64,000 bases of DNA from NCBI RefSeq assembly GCF_009834535.1, contig NC_045696.1:101496001-101560000 (forward strand), written 5' to 3'. Shown in pieces: positions 38,076 through 50,512 of this stretch. This DNA comes from Camelus ferus. Its lineage: Eukaryota. Position 1 is the first letter of the stretch, and each line of letters opens with the position of its first letter. The translations under genes were made by a program, and so were the position numbers. The notes under the pieces are model-generated. The model was not told where the DNA came from and did not search any database. It saw only the letters and a program-made list of their open reading frames with translations.

Positions 38076-41000
38076 TCATTCATAAAATGTTTATTGACCA
38101 CTTACCATGGATCAGAGGAATAAGGAAAATTGTGGTTTGTCCATCTTCTGACTCAGTTACTGCAGGACTGGGGGCTGCTTTCTTTGTCCCAGGACACAGT
38201 GGGGTGGCTGACACCAAAGTGAGCAGGGGCTCACGGTGGCACCCGAACAGCACAGGGGCATACGAACAGGAATGGATGCAACTCACCTCCCTTTTTACTA
38301 AAAAAGCCAAAGCCTCTCCCCAAAAGAGGGGCTTACTACTAACCCAAATGGAGTTTTAGAAAATCAGTCTGAGGTAATTAATTCTTTATGAGAAATTCCA
38401 GAAAGACTCAGGTGCTCTGAAGTATTTAGCAAAGAATGGCTACATTTTAAAAATTATTGTTGGATACATATTGCACTTAAAAATTGAACTATTTTTAAGG
38501 AAAATTACATGGCATGGCATTGAGTATTGGGTTTCAGAGAAGTGGGACTACCTGTATTATGTATCTCAAATGTATTTGTCAACAAAGCCAATTCTGAAGT
38601 GAAAGATTTTTGGTGCTTTCTTTTGATGTTGCATAGAAAGAACTTCCCCAAAAATTATGTGTGGCTTGGTCTGTAGGCAGTGCAGTCATGGGTGTTTTAG
38701 TTAAAGTATGGTTTGTTTTGCAGAGACATTTGGACATTTCAAAGGAATGTTCATGAATTTCCAAATGCTATGTTTGCTGTAGCAAGACATGCAGAGTAAT
38801 CATTACCTCTGGCTGTGATTTCCATCTTCCCCACACTGCTCCCCGTGTGTGCTTCTTTTATGTTTGACAGACATCCTGCATTTTTACCACCCTGACAATA
38901 ATCATGTAGTTGGTGAGCAGCAACCATTAAGCTTAAGCGTATTTGGTCCTACTTAGTCCCAATTATATGATCACGAAGCACTTCAAGTGGTAACACAAAG
39001 TCAAGCATCAGGACAATATAAAATCAAGAATTTAAATGAAAAAGAGAAAGGAAGTTACTTTGAGTGAAGTACAAGCTAAAACACATCTTTTATGGGGTTC
39101 TTTTTAATATAATATATTACCCTAGAACAAATTATTTGAAAATAATTTATGAAATTACCATTAGAACATACATAAGCTGTAGCAAAACTTTTGTGAGATT
39201 TTTCAATCTTCTGAAAGTTTGTCTTTCTTGAATATTAAAACACCTTAACAATATTGTCTTAAAATAGAGTAACTACCTAGTAACTCCTCAAAGGATTTTT
39301 TTCTTTTTGTAGGATCTCAGAGTGCATATTATTCTATTCTAAGATTCCACCCAACATGTCCTTTATAACAGTCTACTTCAGAATAAAACAATTAATGTAC
39401 AATTGCATCTAGATTATATTTCTACTTGAAATGTGCAAATAAATATATTAAAACTATATAGCAATGTCTTCAGTAGGCATATAGTATGTGTGTGCATATG
39501 TTTATACATACATATATATGTGTGTTTATATATATTTAATTTTTTTAGCTTACATTTTTGGGAGCTAGACATAGCTAATCCTAGTAATAATTACATCTTT
39601 ACTTTCTTACTTTTCATTGCATTTTTTTTAGTAGAAATATTTTCATGGAACCCCCTAAAAAGAAAAGCAACAGGTAGTGTCTTTTAATTTATCATATTCC
39701 AACTTAACTTAAGGACTTGTGAGAATGAATATGATGTACACACACAAAGATTTTTCTTCCAAAAATATTAGACCTATTCCATTCAAGAGTCAAATGAGAT
39801 GGCAGACCTAAGTGATTTCTCACAACTCCCTAAGTTAACAATTTGGAATTTGATTAATTAAAAAATACAATCTCCTGTTTTTCTTATTAAAATATTCCAC
39901 TAAAATAGTTCTCCCCCCCAAAAAAAAAAGTTCAGAAAGAAAGGAAATACTCATTACTAGGATCAGCTATGTCTAGCTCCCAAAACTATAAACTCAAAAG
40001 GAGCCTGACTCCATAATATAGCTCTAGGTTACATATAATTCAGATGTCACTCAGATAGAGTCAAAAAACACACATATATTTTTAATTCTTTAGATATTTG
40101 GATTACAAAGAAACAGCTTTGGAAAAAGGAGGATGCAAAGTAGCAAATAATATCTTGGTATCTTGACAGTTAAAAGTTGTGGAAAAATTTCATGGGAACA
40201 AATGTGATCGTGAATTGTAGATTTATATTAATATTAGAATATATATTTTTTAAAGTTTGGGATTAAGAGACAGGTCAGAGCATAAAGGGGAGAGAAGCTG
40301 CTTCCTTTGCCACATTAATATTGTATAGGAAGCACCTGAACTTGACAATGACTCTCTTTGCAATTGAGTGAAATAAGAAAATAAGTTATCTGGTCAAGAT
40401 TTTGCAACATTTTTGAGTAATCTGGGCCCGTTCTACCAAAATTCTCATTATTTATCATGTACCTTTCCAACCATAACACAGTCAAACTTTCTTCTTCTAA
40501 GCCCGTTCTGAATGGCTACAGGTTGAATAGAAAATGATAGGAAAAGCCAAAATGAGACCAGATCTGAGTAAGTTATTTGACCAATTTCTAATGGGAGCCA
40601 ACATGATGTTATCCATGATAATTACCTTAACCTGCATTGATGATCTATTTATATGAACCATCTCTACCATTCTTTTATATATAAATACGTATTTATAACT
40701 TTTTTAGAATTTAATTATGGTTGACTTGTGCTCCCTTTGGGATACGATGAGTTCCACTTTTTTAATTCGTCCCATTGTCTTTCTGTTGTGACCTCATCTT
40801 TATGACTTATTCCTTATAGACCATAGTCACAAATCAAGGCATTTTAAGTTAAACTCTTCTCTCTTATAATTATAAAGCTATGAGTTGGGGGATTTACTGA
40901 CCGTAAGTACCATCTGAGCAGATCAAGACTTCAAAACTGGTTAAAAGGATAATTTTCTCCAAAATGGATGTATGGAGTCCAAGGAGAGCTCCACTCAATA

Positions 41001-42358
41001 GGAAACAGGAGTTAGGAGTCCCTACATATTTCACTGTGGTCCCTGGGATTGCCTCACTGAGCTATTCGAGATGCATGTCCTTGAAGGAGAACCATCACCA
41101 ACTGGACTGAAGGACAGATTGCTACAGGCTCACTAGAAGGCAGCAAAAAAGGAAGCGAGAGACAAGATTAAGGCCACATACTCCGCTCTAGCCTGCTGGC
41201 CTTCTCCTGGGGCTTTGATGCGCACAGATCCACGCTGTATTATCCCTCATTTTACTGATGATCACTTTCAGATTCATCCTGGGGAAGGGAACTTCCATTT
41301 GAAACCTAGCATTTAATCCTAGTCTAGAATTAAAACTGCACTCAACCCCTCCTTGGAAAAATGTGTTCAAGTACTCAATGACCAACTCAGTTCCACTCAA
41401 ATTTTCTCTCTAGTCCAGCAGAAAAGTAGAAGTGCCATTTTTTTGAGGGTTGCAATGATTTTTGTCATTTTAATGCATTTTAATTTTTCCAAAACAGTTT
41501 TATTAGAGAAGTTTTAAATTTGTCCTTTTTTCCAACATAAAACAAGCAGCTATTGTCTAAATATAAACCCACATAAAATGTCTTTATTTAAAGGTCAATA
41601 TTTAAGAATCCAAATGGAGGGAAGGGGTACTAAAAACATACACCTGTAGAATACATACTTTGTTTCCTTCAATTTCAGAATGAATCTCTGACTTTCAGTG
41701 AAGTTCCACAGGCCATGTAGCAGTATCTTGTATTTTAAATCTCTTAACCAGGCTTTTAGAGAAATACTGGATCAGAATGCTGTGTCTTATCAGTAAAACA
41801 CATTTCATGGTAAATTCAGAGGGAAAACATCGAGTGGAACAGATGTATGCTCTTTAAGGACCATTTATTACACCAATCCTATTAAAAATAATCATGTAGC
41901 TTCTCACTCTTTATAATATTTTGATCCTTCCTTTTGTTACACATAATACCATAAGTTAATACTTTACATGAAAATCCATTTCCAGGACAATCCTATTGGG
42001 CTGCTGTACCACAGTAAACTCTAATCTCTGGAAGAGAGAGAAATTGCCGTGAAGGATAACAATGTCCATCCTTTAAATATGGGTTACTGTTTTCTTTTGC
42101 ATTTAATAGAAGGAAAAAAGGAATAAAGAGGGCAGCATTCAAAAACCCTATTGGCATACTGAAGAAAAGATCAAAAATAAGACTAATCCTTCCAAAGAGG
42201 AGATCAAACCTAGAAAGCCCAGGAGAGTGAAAGTTGATGGCATTTTATTCAACTGAATAAATGAATTCTAAATGTGAATATGACATATAATGAAAAATGA
42301 TATTATAGTCTTAAAAAAACTTTTTAATCTAAGGCAGACAGTTTATAAAAATAAGGGT

Positions 42359-42380
42359 ACACACACACACACACACACAC
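42359..42380. repeat. (AC)n microsatellite
   Basis: Perfect ac run. Confidence 0.95.
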
Positions 42381-43066
42381 GCAATGCCATATTATTCAAA
42401 AATTTTCCATATAATTGTATAGCTTCCTCCTACACACACACATTCACAGGGTACAGATGAATGAGGAATCATGTTAATAGAAGAAATTCTGTTACAATCA
42501 ATGGGAAGCGTGCTTTTCTATTCCTGCATTATTTCCCCAGTCCCAATTCTTCTAAAAGGGAAAAGCAGAGACAAACCCATTTGCAGAAGGCAAGGTCCTG
42601 GGGGACATCTCCCTCTACATGCCTCCCTCTTTGTCTCAGTCACTCTCAGTAAATACTTAATGATTGTCCACTGTGCACCAGCTGGGGCTGGGGATACAAT
42701 GATGAGAAGAATAGTTTCTCCCTTCAATTATCATCTAGGGGGAAGAGAAATCTACAGACTACAACACAGCACACTAAATTCTCCCCTCTGAATACTGTTT
42801 TCTGCAATAGCTAGTCAAAATGCTGAGAGCGCCTGGAATCAGTAAAGACAGAACAGATCTGCTTGCAGAAGGGGAGATCGGGTGGGCTTGGTGCTATAAT
42901 TTCATGTATCTCTTTAGATCAGGAATTGAAGTAAGATAGTGCATGAACACCTGCCTCTCTGGGCCTTCTCTCCACTCCTGCATTCTTCACATCCATCCCC
43001 ATATTCCTCCAGATACAGGCCCCAAGACACCTGCTCTAATTTTTTTGTGTCCTGCAGGTAGTTCTC

Positions 43067-43088
43067 AAAAAAAAAAAAAAAAAAAAAA
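43067..43088. repeat. Poly(A) tract
   Basis: Homopolymer of about 22 A. Confidence 0.95.
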
Positions 43089-43340
43089 GCAGATAAAATA
43101 ATTCTGGGACAAATTCAATTGAGTACAGCGTGTCTGCGAGAACATGTCTCCCGGGGACTCCCTGTCTCCCAAAACCTGTATCATGGACTATTAAAGCAGA
43201 AGTTTCATCTGCAACGTTAGGATGGATATCAGATACCCAGGCAAGATACAAGGCAAACAAATTTTCAAAAGCCACTGTCAAGTAAAATACAAGTTTAAAG
43301 CTGCACTTCAGTTATATCCAAATTAAGAATACAGAAGAGT

Positions 43341-43617
43341 GGGAGGAGGGAAAAAATGAGGAGTATGGGACAAACATATACACACTACTATATATAAAAT
43401 ACATTAACAACAAGGCCCTACTTGTATAGCACAGGGAACTATATTCAGTATCTTGTAAAACTGCCTTCCACTAAGGAGGCTTAGGAATTCTATAAGGCAA
43501 AAGAACCTGAAAAGTAATATATATACACACACATGCATAATGTATATCTGAGTCACTTTGATGTATACTTGAAACTAACACATTGTAAATTAACTATACA
43601 TCAATAAAATAAAAAAA
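43341..43617 (+). mobile_element. 5'-truncated L1 3' UTR carrying a templated insertion
   Basis: cacactactatatataaaat...aacaacaaggccctacttgtatagcacagggaactatattcagtatcttgtaa...gaaactaacacattgtaaattaactatacatcaataaaa. Confidence 0.9.
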
Positions 43618-46049
43618 TATATATATATGGCCAATTAGTGCACTTAGACAGATTTTATCTGCATCTATGGCAACTATAAATTATAATTGACTGTTGAATG
43701 TTATTACTTTTCTGTATATGGGACTGACTGATAACCATACAGTGTTACTTCATATGAATAATAAAAATAATTATAACCCAGTAAGATAAATAAATAAATA
43801 TATATATATTTGAGAAATTAAAAAAATAAGAATATAAGAGTCAAGTGAGAATTTGGGGGAAGAATTTGTAGGGCAAGATGAATTCTATAGGAACCATTTA
43901 CCCCAAAGGGAGGGAGGGAAAACTTTCCTCTGCAACTCAAGTCAGAAGAAAGGAGGGTTCAAAGGGACCACTCTTCACAGTGAAGGTGACCCGATAAACT
44001 AGGTTCTGCCTTCCACTAAGGAGGCTTAGGAAGCAGGAGAGATGGGCCTGAGAGCTGGCCAGAGAGATTGGATTGTGCAGAGAATGAGAATTGCTTCTGT
44101 ATTGGGATTGGTCTGCCCGCCCAGAATTTGTATAGGCAAAGAGAGCACAAATGTTTCCTGTTGACCAGATGTGAACCCTTTTCAAAAGAGAGGGCCAACC
44201 AATGCTGCTGAAGAGGACTGCCCCGAGAGAAAAGCATCTTGGGAAGGCCCTTGAACTCCAGCAGAGACAATCTGTGGGGAGATCTCTGAAACATGAGAAG
44301 TCAGCGGGGAGGATGGCAGAGTTGGGGGTACAGAAAACAAGTGGGAAAATCAGCCCTCATGTCAGGGGAAGGACCACCATATGTACACTTGGGGGCCTCT
44401 GGAGGTCCACCAAAGCCCCCCTCTGAGAGTCAGCGTCAAACAGCTGCCAGGCCCACAGAGTGAGATGCTAGTTTGTGACACCACCAACCAAGGAACACTT
44501 TCCTACCCCTTCATTGTCTTTTCTCCTCAGCCTTCAGGGTCAAAAATCAAACAGAGCAACAGAGGAAAAAGACAAAAATAAATAAATAAACAAAATGCCT
44601 GAGACAGGGATGCTAGGGGAAAATATCCAAAACTTGGGAAAGAGGGGGAAAAGCAGACTGCGTGTCCTTTCTGTGTCATGCCCAAGCACAGCTAACAGGT
44701 CTACCCAGAAGGAATCGTTATTTCACTCACTATTTCTGCTTATCAGGGCTCAGACGTTAGAATTGGATACCGACTTACAGATTTCTGTCCAGGAGAAAAC
44801 AGAACCTGAAAGTTACAGTTCTAGGACAAATTTAGGAAACTTAATTCAGCTTTCTTTTCCTGGGCAAATGTGTGGATTCTGCAAAACCTCTTAAATCAGC
44901 TTGACCAGCCTGCTGATTTCCTCATTAATGACTTACATACATTTTTGACCTGTGCTCACTTTATGACTGCAGGAGACTCGCGTTTGAAACTTCTTAAAAT
45001 AATACCTTTCTAGAGAGGCAACCTTTCTCTGCCTCTCATTGCCAGCCACCAGCCTGCCCCAGACCCCCAGCCAAGGAAGGGGAGAAGATTTAACTATAAT
45101 TCAGCTCCAAAGTTCTCGTTCTGACATGTGGCTGTCCCTCTAATTTCTGAGCAGAGGCCATATTAGCAACATACAAAGTGACTTTAAAAGTTTCAGTAAC
45201 CTGGGAGTGTTCATAAGTGTCATGTATCTGCCAAAATTACATGTCCAGAGGTAGTGGAATATTTCCTGCAATATTTTTTTTTAAGTAAAGGGATAATAGG
45301 AAATAAAAATGATGTCTTTGATGAAAATCCTTTGAGTTCTGTTTGTTCTTAATTTGTAGTCCTCTAAAACTACAGAAGGATGATAGAAAGGGTCACTAAA
45401 AGAAAAGAAACCAGAATATGTATTTCTTTGTTCTTTTTCTAACCAGGGTAAGCCTCATTTTTAGTTAAAAAAAGAAAACAAAAGTTTTATATATGAGTGA
45501 TGTGCATTCCTTTTAAATACAGATAGCCTGTTTAAATTTACAAGCACTATATATGCTAGAAAATATATTATCTTGAATCAGGTATTCAGAAGATTATAAA
45601 CAACAGCCAGCTCCAAAAGTAATAATTTTCATCAGGACAATTTCATTTAAATTCCACTTCATCCAAATGATACCAATAATGTATTTTTCTTGAGCAATTA
45701 TAAAAGCAGATGGGATCTTATTATAGATTTTTGCATAGCAACAGTAAGATTAACTGTACTCAAAGTTGAGATGACCTATAAAACCTGGCACAGCTTGTGC
45801 TGTACAGGATGTTAACATTTTTACATCCCAAACACAGAAATGCAAATGAAATAAAATGCAGAAATACAAAGAAATAAATGAAACTTGTTAAAACATACTT
45901 TCATTAAATATAACCTTTGAACATCATACCAAAAATAAGATACTTAATTCAACAAAAGTAGTAACTGATACATAATTTAATAAAAATAGTAATACATTAT
46001 AACTTCATGTCATGCTTGGTTTACTGACTATTCACACAGGAGTGACTAT

Positions 46050-46270
46050 AACCCTTGGAATTAAGTCTGAAATTTGGGGTCTACATAGAGTCAAGTTCTA
46101 AACCCACTTCTTAACTGGCTGTGGAATTTGGGAGGAAGATCATTTAGGTTATTTTAGCTCCCATTTCATCAAAATGTCTACTGCAAAGCGTGTTAAGTAT
46201 TAAATATAAGAAAACAATGTATGTGAAGTACTCTGTATGCTTCTAAATCCTATGTTCATGTTAATTATTA
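46050..46270 (+). mobile_element. MIR fragment
   Basis: aagttctaaacccacttcttaactggctgtg...ctcccatttcatcaaaatg...aatgtatgtgaagtact. Confidence 0.55.
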
Positions 46271-48537
46271 TTAAAGTTTCTGTTTTGCAGGTATGTTCTC
46301 TTCGTGGGGGAATAGTATCATCATAATGCAGAGCATTTTCCTGAAGAGTAATAGATTGTAAGGAGAAGACATAATGGTCCCTCTTTGAAAACTCCAATAT
46401 GATTCACTGAGACGCTGAACTTGAGAAATGAAGACGGAAGTGAAGTAAGACCTCTCTGCTGCTGCTTCCGCTGTACACAGCTTCTGCTTATTTCTGGCCA
46501 GTGGAGTGAGAAAGAAGGCAGGGAACACAGATCACTCCCTCAACATGTGCAAGGAAAAGCCAAGTGCAGCAGCTGTTACCAACTGCAGGCATTGGCTCCC
46601 TGATAGCAGAGCTCCCAGCAAGACTCCTGAGTCTGAAGCCAGGCAAGTACTTGGAGTCCTAGCCTGCAAGGAAAGCCCTTCTCCCCTCCTGTTTCTCTGC
46701 CCTGAATCTACTGAAGACCAATGCCAGAAATAGCAGCATTCAGGAGTTGAAGACCCACCATTCCACAAGACTGACATGACTGACGGTGGCAGAGTAGCCT
46801 CTGCCAGTATTTAGCTCTCCAGTAATTGATGGGGAGCAGCTGGATAAAACCTGCTTTTCCAAACTGCAGCCTCTCTAAGCAGAGCACTGACAATAAAGGA
46901 AGAAAAAGTTAAATATCAGAGAAGACAAAGGAATGGATACAAGTTTCCTCATATTTTAAGGAAACATCTTGTTCTTTGGAGATACATTTGTGGAAAAAAA
47001 TTAGTATGTTTTGGATTCAAATTATCCCCCTGCATAAGTAGATATTCTGTAGCTTCTGGAGTGAAAATCACAAAAAGAACAAAAACAAACAGAAATGAGA
47101 TTATTTAAAAGTAGCATATGTTAACTTTGGACTATTAAGTAACTAAATGTGTTAAACTAGGTTCTCCTGCACTTCCTTGTACAGTCCAGAGAAATATATA
47201 ATAACGTCCTGAAAGGTAAATACAAAGTAATATGTCAGATGATAATCACATCGCAGATCTATGACTACTGGTTATAATTTTGGAAAACAGTGGAGTAAGT
47301 GGAGAACACTTACTCAGTGCATCACGGTGTTCAAGGAGCCACCTCCATACACTGCTAGCTTTTTGGCTTTGGGGAATAACTACACAAATCATTTAAAGAG
47401 CAGCTAATCAACAATTTAAGGACAAATGTACACATAGTAGCTAGCAGTTTCTATGTTCTGGGTATCAAATGAGTCATATGAAAGTGATAAATTCCAGCCT
47501 GCAGCTGTTATGCTAATGAAGTCACCAGTGAGTCAAGTTCTATCTAAATATATGCACATGCATTTCTATTGCCATTACATTTACCCCCAGTTAACATCAA
47601 TTATCTCAAGAGTTAAAGGGCATTTCTTCACACCCCTACAAAATAAAAAAAAAAATTGCCCAGAATAAATTATGCGTTCAACAAATCCCCAGATATATTC
47701 AATATACCCCAGGATAGCATTCAGATTCCAGTCCTTTCAATGGGCAGCTTCTGGACCCTGACTTGAGGTGCTCTGTCCTCACAACAGAGAAAACTGTGCA
47801 GTAGTGTTAGTGCGGGATTTTGCTCTCATGATCTTGGTGATCAGTATTGAAAGGAAAAGAGATTTTTGACTCAACCTTTGTTCAGGGTTGTATCCACAGA
47901 CGTAAGGCAAACACAACTGTTTTTCTTTAGTATTTTTTTTTTCAAAACAATAATATGAGGTCGTCACAATGATATTTTCTTTTGCTTTTGCGTGGAGATC
48001 ACAATTCAGGATGAAAAATACAGAACCTAGCAAATTCTCAGTTATTTTAGTTTACCCTAGGAAAAACCCTGAAGACAACCATAGCCACAGAAGGCAGGAA
48101 TTGAGATTCCACTTTGCAGGCATCTGTGGTTAAAGTAACTACAAAACATAAAGTAGCCAGAGCAATAAACTGGGTCAGAGTGTCAGGTCTGGCAAGGAGG
48201 AGTGGCCTGACCCACTTGTGTCATTTGGCGCTTGGGGCCTCTATTGACTGACCTGGAATCTGAGAAGCTTAGGGAAGGTCATTTCAAAAATGTTCTTAGT
48301 TCTAATATCCTATATTTGGGTAAAGAGAATGTTAAGCAATATTATAACTTGCAAAAGTAGCATCAATTGCCCCCTCCAAAAATCACAACCTTTACAATTA
48401 ATTTCCCCTCTCCCAGTAACTCACCTTCAAAAATAGAAAGGCTGTACATTTGAAAAAAAAAAAAAAAAGCTTTCTTTATTATGAACTTAAATGCATAAAT
48501 ACAATTCTTAAATCACATTAATTCTATATAGTAATTT

Positions 48538-49164
48538 TGAGACAGGAAGAGGGCAGGGCACAGCCATTCAAGGAATGCTACAGCAATTAACATCAAAATG
48601 GTGGAAGACTCAACCCCCAGTAGGCCTTGAGGCTCAAGATGGTGGGAGATTTGACTTCTAGCAGATCTTGAGCTTCATTATACGCTCACTGTAACATATT
48701 AGCATGGTGAATAACACGCCCACAGGCACCATGGCAGTCCCAAGGCTAGCCACAAAAGGTCAAAGAGTGGGAAATGGCCAACTTCCAGGGAATCCCAGCC
48801 CCTTCCCCAGGCTACTTAGACTGGTCCTTCCACTTATTAGCATATGAAACCATCAAGCCTATAAAAACCAGCAACAGGGTGCCTCGTGGCTGCCTCTCTC
48901 TCCCTCTTCTGAGACAGGCCCACATTCTGTCTATAGAATGTGTACCTACTTTTAATCTGAGCACCCAACCCCCACACCTTGTGGCCTTTTTCTTGCCTTT
49001 CAATGTATCTCTCTAAATAAATCTACCTTTACTCAACTGTGGCTCGCTCTTGAATTCTTTCCTGCACGAAACCAAGGACCCACACTTGGCGGGCACGTCC
49101 CAGGGGCTCAACCAAAGCCTGGGACTCGGCCCTTCTCACGCCCCACATCTGTTTTCCTGCATCA
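48538..49164 (+). mobile_element. ERV1-class solo LTR, MER41-like
   Basis: 627 bp with TG...CA termini and a 4-bp TSD attt (48534-48537 and 49165-49168). TATAAAA at 48860 and AATAAA at 49016. The motifs cacgcccacaggcaccatggcagt, ttagcatatg and ctcgctcttgaattctttcctgcacgaaaccaaggaccc resemble MER41. Confidence 0.88.
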
Positions 49165-50512
49165 ATTTCACATATACGCATAGATAATTTATTACTTATG
49201 CGCATATACACTACACATAACTTTCCCAAGCTACTGGTACATGTGTTCATTTGTCCTAGATGTGAACAGGGGAGTCAGGTGTTGAGTTGAATACATACTG
49301 ATACAATGAATAATAGATGGCTGCCAGACATGCATTTCATGTTACAGAATACAGTATCCAACATAGTCATCCACTGCTATTTCAAAAACATTTTGTATTA
49401 AGACATGATACCAATTATCTCCTCTTGTTTACAGGACCTACCATGGGATTATGAGTTATAAACATGGATCATTTAATGTCTAAGCTGCCTGCATTTAAAT
49501 GTAAGGCACAATCAGAATAACTAAGTGCATCCACCATATTAATTTGAAGTCCTGGTAGGAACTATAAATTCAGAGGAACATAATCAGTTCACCAAGGAAA
49601 TAATGTTGATCTCTTAGCCTTATATCATATTCACCCTAGAATTATTCCACTCCATCAATCAGAAAGAGAAATATAGCATATGAGGCAGCAGAAACCATCT
49701 TAAATGGGAACCATTCTTAAATGGAAACAATCTTTGCATATGATTTTCTAGAAATAATGCACAGGACAGGTTCTGAATAGTAAGAAAACACTGAGTCACC
49801 ATACTGTGTGCTTCCCAGCTTAGGAAACGAAATAAAAGTTTTCTCTGGGAACATCTCCTCCTACCCGACCCATTTATGACAAGGAATAAGAAAGGTTTGA
49901 TGGGACACTCTACAAGTTTCTAAAAGGGAGATAATTTCCCTTGTCCGTGAAGTAGAATTGGCAAATTAACCTGGGGGCAACATCACCCTCCCCTCCATTG
50001 CTGGGATCCTCAATGAACTGCAGTGTCCATTTCATCATTTTCTGTTTAGAAAAATACTGTGCCTAGTGCACGCGGGGCAGGTGTGCTGCTGGAGGAAGTC
50101 AGGAGCGCTGGAAATGACAGAATTCACTGCAGCTATGTATCACGAGGGCATCATGGGCTTCCTGGGGGAAGCAGGAGGGGAATCAGCGGCATCCAACCTC
50201 TCTTTAAGACCCTCCCCTGTAAGGATTCCTCTGAGTGATGGCTTTCCAGGTGTCCTTCTACATTCTTTTTCCAATATGCATCATCTTTGGAAGGAATCTG
50301 GAAGATGTCATCCCTCAAAGTACCTCTGGGCTTTGAAAGAGGTGAGTTGATCTTTAAGACAATCACAACAAGACACAAAAACTAATTTAATGGTCAGTAA
50401 ATAGTCTGTATCTTAGACTCTCTTGCCACAAGTCCTATTTATTAAAAGGAAGACTAAGAAGTGATGGAGACACACTTCTGAGCATGTGACTTGTTTTAAG
50501 AAGAGGAAGGTA

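Noticed and set aside
38006..38359. 117-aa ORF with LPSF repeats
   Set aside because: It is the translation of the (CCTT)n microsatellite.
43865..44800. Purine-rich block with several ORFs
   Set aside because: Possibly an ancient LTR-like repeat, but neither a family nor a coding function is supportable by eye.
44780..44806. 27-nt minus-strand microexon candidate (ctttcAG...TCT|GTAAGT)
   Set aside because: The polypyrimidine tract is very short, the peptide is unrecognised and it lies in probable repeat-derived sequence.
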